From the IMG/VR virus record IMGVR_UViG_3300042975_000096: DNA of 64,000 nucleotides; one strand, given 5' to 3'. This stretch comes from a virus (taxonomy: Duplodnaviria; Caudoviricetes). Position 1 is the first letter of the stretch; each line of letters opens with the position of its first letter. Below the pieces are notes generated by a model. The model made no database searches. It was given only the letters and a program-made list of their open reading frames with translations, and was not told the DNA's origin. Positions 50,009 to 58,700 of the stretch are shown one piece after another. The translations under genes and the position numbers were made by a program.

Positions 50009-51787
50009 TTAGCCCTTTCTGACTATTATATTATCATTTAACGGCGTTTTTGCATGTCTATTAAAAAATCTATCCATATCAAATGATGTTTGTACATTTT
50101 TTGGCATACCAAAATCCTCTGGATTATTCCCTGTGCTTGGTTCGCTATTATTACTCGGTGGTGGTGACGGTCTTGTTGATGGGCTATACTGAAAATCTTC
50201 ATTATCCTTAGAAGGTTTATTTTCTCTAATTGTATCCCCTGTTTCAAAATCAGTAAGAATATTTTTTCCTTCATTTGGAAGCGGACCAGATTTTGGAGCA
50301 TTTTCATCAAATACTGTACCACGCTCTTTTTCAAGATTTCTTTTTTCAGTTTCAGGGTCTAATGACAACATAGGCAATACGGTTGTCATGGATACTAATC
50401 CTTTATCACGCAAATTTTGAATAAAATTCATAACCGACTGATTACTTGTTAAATCTTGTTGTTGCCAAATTATTTTTGGTACAACTAATTCCATTTCCTT
50501 CTTTGCAGCTAAACGACGTTGTTCTTTTTCAGACGTATACCTTGTTGCAATTGCACCATTAACAGGCTTATAGAATCCTTGCACTTCTGCTATTGGTTTA
50601 TATACTTTCTGTCTTATCCATGATTCAAGTCTAAGTCTATAAGACATGTATCTCTTTGCTAATGTATCAAATCCAACTTGTGCATTTGCATAAGCTGAAC
50701 CATCACCATTTAACATGGCTTGTGTTATGCAAAGACCAGTCATTAATTCATTTTGAATAAATTCAAATTCTGTATTTAATGGCAATATTTTTCCTGTCGA
50801 ACCAACATATTCAAAACTCAATCCATAATGATATACTAAGAAAAAGTTCGGGTCATCTTCACCCTCATACAACAAATCCCTAAATGCATCAATATCATCC
50901 TGTGATGGCATTGGCTCTCCCGGTGTACCAATTTTTGCAACTCGTATTGGGAAAATATGTCTATTCGCAATAGCATCTTGTGCCTGTCTTAATTTATCTT
51001 TATAAATTAAAGTTTTAAAGCATCTCATCATTAATGGAGTTCCCCATGATTCATATGGAGATGCTTTATGTGCAATATGGGAAACTAAACGATTATCCAA
51101 AGAAATATTTTTTCCCATTTTAACTTGTGTTAATACATCATCAGGAAATTGTCGATACAAATCTCCAAATTCGCCTGCTGGTCCTCCATTAATAATATTC
51201 AATGTTTGGTCATCAGGAATCAGTTCAATTTGTGGTTCGTTTGCAAATATTGAACTGATTACATTAATGTAATCAGGATTCAACAACGTGAAATTTTCCC
51301 AAATACCTTCTGACTCGTTAAACTGCCCAAACGGAAAAACATCACCAATCTTCCAATATTCCAATCCAATATCCAACAGCAAACTAACTAAATCTATTTT
51401 ATCAAATGCCATATAATCAAAAAATTTTCTAATATACGGGTCACTACAAATATTATTCATATCAGAAATTGGAAATTCTGTATGCAAATCCAATGCTGTT
51501 GCAACAATTGGCTCAGTTCTATAAAAGTGTCTGCACCATTCATTACGCTCACGTCTATCTCTAGGTAGCAACATATTGGTTGCTTGAAATAATGGTTGAT
51601 AAAAGGTAGGATTACCCATAACAACATCTGCTGAAGCACCACGAACTATTTTTTTCCCACTACCATTGCCATTTCTTTTCATTTGTCTTTGTATGTTTTT
51701 CGGCAAATCATTTTTGTTTACAATACTGTTCATTGCCAAATTACCATTTGTATTTCTACTAGCGGTTACTTTATGATTACGTTTCAA
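50009..51787 (-). CDS. Portal protein
   Basis: WCRHFYRTEPIVATALDLHTEFP, LLNPDYI, SHIAHKASPYESWGTP, YANAQV, RLESWI; 592 aa; upstream of the protease. Confidence 0.85.
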   Translation of the reverse strand: MKRNHKVTASRNTNGNLAMNSIVNKNDLPKNIQRQMKRNGNGSGKKIVRGASADVVMGNPTFYQPLFQATNMLLPRDRRERNEWCRHFYRTEPIVATALDLHTEFPISDMNNICSDPYIRKFFDYMAFDKIDLVSLLLDIGLEYWKIGDVFPFGQFNESEGIWENFTLLNPDYINVISSIFANEPQIELIPDDQTLNIINGGPAGEFGDLYRQFPDDVLTQVKMGKNISLDNRLVSHIAHKASPYESWGTPLMMRCFKTLIYKDKLRQAQDAIANRHIFPIRVAKIGTPGEPMPSQDDIDAFRDLLYEGEDDPNFFLVYHYGLSFEYVGSTGKILPLNTEFEFIQNELMTGLCITQAMLNGDGSAYANAQVGFDTLAKRYMSYRLRLESWIRQKVYKPIAEVQGFYKPVNGAIATRYTSEKEQRRLAAKKEMELVVPKIIWQQQDLTSNQSVMNFIQNLRDKGLVSMTTVLPMLSLDPETEKRNLEKERGTVFDENAPKSGPLPNEGKNILTDFETGDTIRENKPSKDNEDFQYSPSTRPSPPPSNNSEPSTGNNPEDFGMPKNVQTSFDMDRFFNRHAKTPLNDNIIVRKG

Positions 51788-51901
51788 AACTTCTCACCAA
51801 ACTTTCAATAATATATCTACTCTAACAATGATATATTATTACCGACTTATTTTATATTCACAATATATTTCATTTCATTATAATATTATATGATTTTAAA
51901 T

Positions 51902-51935
51902 AAAAAAGAACCACATTTTTTGTGGCTCTTTTTTA
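51902..51935 (-). terminator. Intrinsic terminator
   Basis: aaaaaagaaccaca-loop-tgtggctcttttt. Confidence 0.65.
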
Positions 51936-51950
51936 TGGTTTTAATAAAAG

Positions 51951-54365
51951 TTAAGCAATCGGAGTTGTAGATAATGTACCATCATCCGCAACAACCAATT
52001 TGAATTTCTTTCCACCAGCAGAAGTTAAAACTACATTATCAACTGCATCTGCTTTCTTAGCATAATCACCCAACGTCGTAGTCAAAGAAGTCATGCTAAC
52101 ATAATTACCTAACGTTGTGGTCAACTCTGTTTTATCAACTTTCAATGCCAAATCCGTATTACTAGCTTTCAATGACAAATCAGAAACAGAAGCATAAGAT
52201 TTTAATTTCTCATCTACCTGAGAAGTTGTATATACTGTCGTAGAATCTGCTTTTTTAGCAAGTAAATTATCAGATTCCGTTTTTGTATATACATCAGCAG
52301 AGTTAGCTTTCAAGTCAACTGCACTTACTTGTGCATATTTCAATAAAAGCTTATCCAACTCAATTTTCTGTACATACGCAATCAAATCATCATCGTCAAC
52401 TTTTTTAGCAATCAAATCGACCAATTCTGCTTTATTTCCTTTATTATCCAACTTTGCATCAATATCTGCTTTCGTATAAACTTCAGCTCTATCTGCTTTT
52501 TGTGAATTAACAACATTAATAGAACTCAACGTAGCATAATTTGCAAGTTTAGAATCAATTACTGCCTGAGTATATACCTGAGAATCATCAGCTTTTTGTG
52601 CCAACGCCTTATCAACGTCTGCCGTATTAGCTTTCACATTCAACAACGCATCTGTCTGCAATTTTGTATATCCATCTACAGATTTAATGTAGTCACCCAA
52701 AGCCAACGTAACTTCGTCTTTCTTGATATAAGGATTGAACTTAACGTCAACCTCTGTTTTATCATAAACATCCGCTGCATTTGCTTTTAATGCCAACTTA
52801 TCATCCGTATCTTTTGTATTATAAACATCAGCTACATTTGCTTTTAATGCCAATGCCTTATCAACATCGGAAATAGAATAAACATTTGTTACATCTGCTT
52901 TTTTAAGCAACGTAGTATCTATATCACTTTTACTATAAACATCAACTTTATTCGCGAACTTAGCATCTGCATCAACTTTACTATAAACGTCAGCTACATT
53001 TGCTTTCAAATCAAATGCTTTATCTGAATCAGCCTTTAAATATGAATCTCCAACATTAGCTTTCAATACGAGTGCATCATTAATTTCTGTTTTATTATAT
53101 GTATCAGCAAAATTTGCTTTCAACAATAATGCTCCATCAACTTCTGATTTATTATAAACATCAACAAGGTCAGCTTTCAAACCTAATGCTTTATCAGATT
53201 CAGCTTTTACATATGAATCTCCAACATTAGCTTTTCCTCCCAACAACTTATCGGCTTCTGCTTTTAAATAAGAATCACCAACATTGGACTTGTTAACCAT
53301 CTGCAAATCCATTTCAGATTTCGTATAAACCGTACCAACATTAACTTTTCCTAACAATTTAGCATCAATTTCAGCCTCAGTATAAATAGTATTGACATTC
53401 ATTTTACCAGCCAACATATCATCAACAGCTTTACGATTATACGTATCGCTAACATTAGCTTTCAATGCCATTTGTGAATCAACATCAGACTTAGCATATA
53501 CATCGTCCGTGTTAGCCTTGCTATCGATTTTAGCAAGTCTAGGGTCATTATCCCCCACAGCTACCGGATTAAATGCGTCTACCGGGTCTACAGAGAGTTT
53601 AACAATACCTTTAGTGCTACCTGTTGCTGTTTTCAATGAACCATCCATGTTCAAAGAAGAAATAAAATCATTCCACGTAATACCATCGTTAGTAAATTCC
53701 CAAACTGATTTTTTTTCGTTATAACGAATTCCTACTGCGTTTTCGTCACCACGATTAACTGAAACACCAACATTGGCAAATGGTGAGCCAGTCTGTGCTT
53801 GATTCAAAACAAAATTCGTAGCATTTGTACCTTTTACGTTATCAATTTTGTCATCAACTTTTGTCAAATCAGCATATTCAACCTTTGCATCCAATTTTTC
53901 TTTCAATCCACTAATTGCTGAAATTGGATGGCTATTAGCCAAATCCGTATTTTCCAACAACGCATGGTCACCAGGATATGTACCACTTGCAAGGAATGGA
54001 CGAACATCAAAAACCATATCACTTGTAATTTTCTTACTATTTACACCAAGATAAATAGCAGCTAATGGCAACTGACCTTTTTCGATTTTCGGAAGTTCAG
54101 GATTTCTTGCTGCTGGAACACCATTTGTTACAAACAATGTACCCACTTTATTAATACCAACAATGACCCATTCGTTTCCTGTCGTTGGAGCTTGAATAAC
54201 AGGACTATTACCACCTTCAAACTCAACAATATTCATTCCATCAACGTAGAATGAACCCTCATTAACAGAAACCGTCATGTTTGGGTCTTTTTGAGCAGAC
54301 ACACGTAACTCTTCCATAACTGCACCAATATTTCTATAAGTGCTTCCAGAGACTGGTTTATTCAT
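51951..54365 (-). CDS. Fibre protein with ~18-aa KANxxDxYxKxExD repeats
   Basis: More than 20 tandem repeats; HPISAISGL and ATGSTKGIVKLS fibre-type motifs; C-terminal LTSAGGKKFKLVVADDGTLST. Confidence 0.75.
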   Translation of the reverse strand: MNKPVSGSTYRNIGAVMEELRVSAQKDPNMTVSVNEGSFYVDGMNIVEFEGGNSPVIQAPTTGNEWVIVGINKVGTLFVTNGVPAARNPELPKIEKGQLPLAAIYLGVNSKKITSDMVFDVRPFLASGTYPGDHALLENTDLANSHPISAISGLKEKLDAKVEYADLTKVDDKIDNVKGTNATNFVLNQAQTGSPFANVGVSVNRGDENAVGIRYNEKKSVWEFTNDGITWNDFISSLNMDGSLKTATGSTKGIVKLSVDPVDAFNPVAVGDNDPRLAKIDSKANTDDVYAKSDVDSQMALKANVSDTYNRKAVDDMLAGKMNVNTIYTEAEIDAKLLGKVNVGTVYTKSEMDLQMVNKSNVGDSYLKAEADKLLGGKANVGDSYVKAESDKALGLKADLVDVYNKSEVDGALLLKANFADTYNKTEINDALVLKANVGDSYLKADSDKAFDLKANVADVYSKVDADAKFANKVDVYSKSDIDTTLLKKADVTNVYSISDVDKALALKANVADVYNTKDTDDKLALKANAADVYDKTEVDVKFNPYIKKDEVTLALGDYIKSVDGYTKLQTDALLNVKANTADVDKALAQKADDSQVYTQAVIDSKLANYATLSSINVVNSQKADRAEVYTKADIDAKLDNKGNKAELVDLIAKKVDDDDLIAYVQKIELDKLLLKYAQVSAVDLKANSADVYTKTESDNLLAKKADSTTVYTTSQVDEKLKSYASVSDLSLKASNTDLALKVDKTELTTTLGNYVSMTSLTTTLGDYAKKADAVDNVVLTSAGGKKFKLVVADDGTLSTTPIA

Positions 54366-54528
54366 CTCAAAATCACCTCAACTATATATTTCTAATTGCA
54401 CGTTATTTGCAAATAACATGAATATTATTAATCCATGCCTATCTTTTAAATATATTTATATATTTTTTTAATATTTATGTTTTGCCCTATAACAATTTAA
54501 CATGTGTAATCATGTTATTGTTTTTTTT

Positions 54529-54563
54529 ATAAAAAAAAGGATGAAAAATCATCCTTTTTTTAT
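54529..54563 (-). terminator. Intrinsic terminator overlapping a stop codon
   Basis: ataaaaaaaaggatga-aaaa-tcatcctttttttta. Confidence 0.65.
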
Positions 54564-54935
54564 CGAAGTTGATATTGCGCTTACAATTGTTCCATCTTGC
54601 ATTTGTAATTCATATACTTGTTTATAATTTTTTTCATATGGGCCATAAATAACTGTCGCTGGCTTTTTTCTATAAACCACATTATCCCCCATAGCAAATT
54701 CTTGCTCATTCTTTTTTTTCTTTTTTATAGTTGTTGCTCTAGTTTTTCTTGTGCTAATATGCGCATCATTTAAACTATCCATAATAGTATCATCATCAAT
54801 ACTCATTTGGTCTTCATGCGTAATTTCTTCGTCTTCATCTTCATCATTCAAATATGATACACGTACTGGTGCTTCTTCATAATCGCTTTCATCATAATCA
54901 TAATTAACATTATTAATACTATGTCTTAATATCAT
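54549..54935 (-). CDS. Hypothetical protein with C-terminal SH3/KOW-like domain
   Basis: GAGG RBS favours the ATG at 54935; FAMGDNVVY...ATVIYG...YELQMQDG. Confidence 0.5.
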   Translation of the reverse strand: MILRHSINNVNYDYDESDYEEAPVRVSYLNDEDEDEEITHEDQMSIDDDTIMDSLNDAHISTRKTRATTIKKKKKNEQEFAMGDNVVYRKKPATVIYGPYEKNYKQVYELQMQDGTIVSAISTSIKKG

Positions 54936-55004
54936 TTTTAAATACCTCTCATTTTTTAATCTTCGGCTAAAAAATATATTAATCAATCATATTTATAATA
55001 GCAA

Positions 55005-55140
55005 AAACAAAAAAACTCACGAATTTTTATTCGTGAGTTTTTTCAAAAAAGAAGAGGTTTTGCAATTTGTTTGTTTTGATTTTACGTATCCATATAGGAT
55101 AAGCCAACAAGCAAAATGAAGGTTAAACAAACATCTTACA
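55005..55140 (-). ncRNA. Candidate small structured ncRNA (~135 nt)
   Basis: Own promoter, nested stems and an intrinsic terminator; the only ATG near its 5' end opens a 3-codon frame. Confidence 0.55.
55009..55043 (-). terminator. Intrinsic terminator
   Basis: aaaaaactcacgaat-tttt-attcgtgagtttttt. Confidence 0.8.
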
Positions 55141-55146
55141 TTTAAT

Positions 55147-55175
55147 ATTATATTATATAATTTATCTTAAGTCAA
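55147..55175 (-). promoter_or_regulatory. Sigma-A-type promoter
   Basis: TTGACT(55175-55170)-N17-TATAAT(55152-55147). Confidence 0.65.
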
Positions 55176-55423
55176 CAACCTCTGCCACTTTTTTATTATC
55201 ATTATTAAACTTAACGTTTGAAAGAACTTCCTTTTGCTTAAGAAAATTCCCTAAATTATCCATTGACATTTCATTTCCGTGCAAAGCACAATAATTCATA
55301 GCATCATTAATAATGTCATCCTGTTGGTTCTACTCCCATCATTTGCAACATTTCTTTAACAGAAGTATTATCATTAACCATTGCGCAAATGTTAGTACCA
55401 TGAATCAAATTAATTTCATTCAT
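55162..55423 (-). pseudogene. ~86-aa gene interrupted by one extra base (sequencing error or pseudogene)
   Basis: AGGTG RBS; MNEINLIHG...GVEPT then GGA TGA. Removing one G at ~55320 continues DDIINDAMNYCALHG...VVDLR* to 55162. Confidence 0.55.
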
Positions 55424-55442
55424 CTACAATCACCTATCCTAT

Positions 55443-57703
55443 TTACTTTCTTGCAAAAATTTCTTTTGTTTTATTATTAACGGCATATTCCTGTCCACAT
55501 TTTGCACATTTTACGCCAACATAATCACCAATCTGTGCTACTCCTTGCAATGATTTTCTTCTTCACAACAAGGACATACTTGATTCATAAATTCTTCCAA
55601 ATCTTCTGGATTTTCAAGCATGATAACCACATCATCAGGATTGCTATCGTCCTGAATCTCAATAGTATCTTCTTCTGTTTCTGGAGTTTCTTCAACAACC
55701 TCAACATCGTCAGGAGCTTCAACATCCTCTTCAATATCAACAGGTGCATCTACTGTTTCTTCAACCATTGGTTCTTCTGCAATATCTTCGGTTGGCTCTT
55801 CAATTACTTCTTCAACATCATCATTTTCAACAGGAACATCATTTCCAATTGAAAACAACTCGTTCAAAAAGTTTTCATTCAATTTAACTCTATCATTCAT
55901 ATTTGACAAATCAAGTTCATGTTCTTTATCAATAATCTTCTGAGTGTCTTGAGCAGCTTCCTCAAAATGCTTTACTTCTTCATCCTCAGAATGTAAATCA
56001 TAAGCATCATTTGGAGTTTCCGTATGAGCATATTGCTGTTCAGAAAAAGCGATTAATCTTTTGCTCCCATAAATATGGTCTCCCTGTGACCATGAACATG
56101 CTGAATCCCATGCATTTGAAATTGCATCACCAACACTACTTACTGCATCGCCAACACCATTAGCAATATCTTGGAATCCAGTGCTATCACTATTTTCAGA
56201 GTAATCATCTGCTTTTACACTTTTACTATTGGCTTTCAAATTACCAGTTGTATCTGGATTATCATCAACAACTGTCATTTCTCCACCAATACCTGTCCCA
56301 GGGTCTGCATCTGAATCTGGTCCAGGCTCTGAATGACCATGCCCCATACCATCTTCTCCAATACCATCATCAACATTAATTTCACCAATGGCTGATTTAA
56401 TCGTTTTTTCAAGACTGTTAATACGAGCAACTAATTTATTAAAACTAGCTTTTGAAACCATTCTATCATTAACATATTTTGCTGGTAGTGGTTGTGGTCT
56501 TTCATCTTTACCCTCGCCCTTTGATTTACATACGCAAGGATTTTTTCCACAAATAGGACATACTTCTCCAGCTGTTTTCAAACTACCAGTAGTTTCATCA
56601 TCCGAACTTGAATCAGAGGAATCCGAATCAGATGACCCACCATCCATTGGCCCATAATTAAGCAAACTTGGAGCTTCTTGTTTATCAGGATTTCCACTAT
56701 CCATCATTTGATTCTCAATTGGTTCATATCCACCTCCAGGAGTGCCATAACTAAATGCAACCTGTAAACGTTTCTTTGATTTGACTTTTCCTGTCGTACC
56801 ATCAGAACCACTATCATCAGAACCACTATCAGAACTTGAACCATCAGAATCCGTAGCAAAACCGAATCCACCTGCGTTTGGCGGAGTCAATACCTGTTCT
56901 TCAAATGACTGAATGCTACTACCAGGCTTTTCTACACCAAATGCAACATTTTTACGTTTTTTATCATCCTTGATAGAAGCAGATTCGTAATCAATCCCCG
57001 TATCGTCAGGGCCCTCCGGTTTCTCTGGGTCTTCAGGTTCCATTGGCATAGGTTCTCCCGGTTCTTCAGGTTCGCTAGGCTCTTCAGGTTTATCAGGGTC
57101 TTCCATCGGCATATATGCTTTTTTAACGTTTGCTGTGCTTTCATTACTTCCCGGTTCTAATGAATCAACTGACGGCATTCCACTCTCGCCCTCAATGTTT
57201 CCACCGCCATCAACTCCACGAGCAATATTATCATTGTTGATTCCACTATCCATACCAGGAAGTTCTGGAGCCTCTGCTACTTTTTTCAATTCATTTTCAA
57301 AGGAATCATCAATATCAGCCGTTACATCAGCACCAGTATCAACACTTGAATCTTCAATATCCTCATTACCAACAACTGTACGGTCTGCCTCTTTATCATT
57401 TTCTTCCTGATTAGTAGAAGTTTTATCTTCATCCTTATCTTCACAATCAGTAGAATCATTACCTTCAACAGAAGCTACAATTGAATTTTCGTTCAAATAC
57501 TTATTAACATCTTCTACAGTTTTTGCATCATCAATTAAGCTAACTTCGTTACCATAATCATTATACAATACTGCGCCATCTGGATTAAAATTAACATAAA
57601 AAGTTTCATCTTTCCAATTAACTTTTGGCAAATTTTTAACATTAGTTTCGGCAGTAACTTTGTTGTTATACTTAGAAATAAAAGTTTCTAACCACGAAGC
57701 CAT
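55443..57703 (-). CDS. Large acidic modular head-internal/scaffold-like polyprotein with frameshifted C-terminal Zn ribbon
   Basis: Likely start MASWLETF at 57703. The track ORF stops at 55538, but a -1 shift near 55555 completes CPCC...SLQGVAQIGDYVGVKCAKCGQEY. Confidence 0.6.
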
Positions 57704-57828
57704 CTTACCACCATTTTTTTCTATCTTCAATGTTTCTGCACATCCTTTTTTACAATTTTTCAAATTCATTAACCTAAAAATAAAATAAATTTATTTTAAC
57801 TAATTATATTATATTTACTATATTTTAT

Positions 57829-58020
57829 CTAGTTTTGGTCTTGCAATCTCCATTCCATATTATCCATTGGTTCTTCAAACTTATATGGAGTTGTATATTT
57901 ACTATTTTCTATTTCCCCATCATTTAATATTTTGTTTTCATAAGTTTCAAAGTTTAATCCAATCTGCATAGGAATTTCTCTATGTGTTATAGGTCTTGCC
58001 ACTAAACGTTTCATATACAA
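57829..58020 (-). CDS. Small protein with KRLVA leader
   Basis: Starts MYMKRLVARP. Confidence 0.55.
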   Translation of the reverse strand: MYMKRLVARPITHREIPMQIGLNFETYENKILNDGEIENSKYTTPYKFEEPMDNMEWRLQDQN

Positions 58021-58026
58021 TCACCA

Positions 58027-58416
58027 TCAACTATTGGCAAAATCAGAATCACCCAAAAACAAAGGTTTCATCTTCAGTGTCATATCTTGTCCTTTATCTT
58101 TCAAACTATCAATTTTATCTAACACTTGCTGTTTTGTCCTAGCAAAATTTTCAGCAAAATTAACACCCTGTAATGCAAGCATTAATTCACAATATAATTC
58201 AAACGATTTTTCAAAATCGTCACCATCATATAAACTTGAAGTTTCAAATCTATCATGACAAACAATAGAATACATTAACCTATTACCCAACAACCTCACT
58301 GTATATTCATAATACAAACCGGCTTTAGTCATAAATCCATGTAAAGATAATGTTGGTTTCGATGGCATACTAACTGCCAATGTTTTTCTTTTCTTTAATA
58401 CAGTTAATCTTTTCAT
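58027..58416 (-). CDS. Hypothetical protein with KRL leader
   Basis: GAGGTGGA RBS; the ATG overlaps the upstream TGA; starts MKRLTVLKKRKTLA. Confidence 0.55.
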   Translation of the reverse strand: MKRLTVLKKRKTLAVSMPSKPTLSLHGFMTKAGLYYEYTVRLLGNRLMYSIVCHDRFETSSLYDGDDFEKSFELYCELMLALQGVNFAENFARTKQQVLDKIDSLKDKGQDMTLKMKPLFLGDSDFANS

Positions 58417-58688
58417 CGTCCTATCCACCTCATAGAAGAAGCCCACCACCCAGGAATACCTGGGCGTGGATTTGTATCTAATTGTTCATTTTCATAATCA
58501 ACAACATTTTGAGGATTCAACACAAACGTTTTTGCATCATTGTTATCATGTTGCTTTAATTCAAAATTTTTATCACCTTTTGAATTATCACCATCAAAAT
58601 AACTTCTTTCATTATCTTCTATCATTCTTCGATATTCCATTTCTAAATTATTCATATCAAGTTCAGATAATCTAATCAAACGTTTCAT
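58413..58688 (-). CDS. Small protein with KRLIRLS leader
   Basis: Starts MKRLIRLSELD. Confidence 0.55.
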   Translation of the reverse strand: MKRLIRLSELDMNNLEMEYRRMIEDNERSYFDGDNSKGDKNFELKQHDNNDAKTFVLNPQNVVDYENEQLDTNPRPGIPGWWASSMRWIGR

Positions 58689-58700
58689 TTAAATCAATCC

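Noticed and set aside
52100-53520. 54-bp periodic DNA repeats as a CRISPR array or DGR
   Set aside because: Degenerate coding repeats of the fibre protein; no identical repeats, cas genes or reverse transcriptase.
55060-55119. 19-aa + strand micro-ORF (TTG start) after GAAGAGG
   Set aside because: RBS spacing is too short and no + strand promoter is evident; promoter and terminator polarity favour a minus-strand RNA.
55300-55560. Stop-codon reassignment (TAG or TGA) to explain the truncated ORFs
   Set aside because: Read-through hits TAA within a few codons in both cases. Frameshifts explain them better, and the other genes are intact in the standard code.
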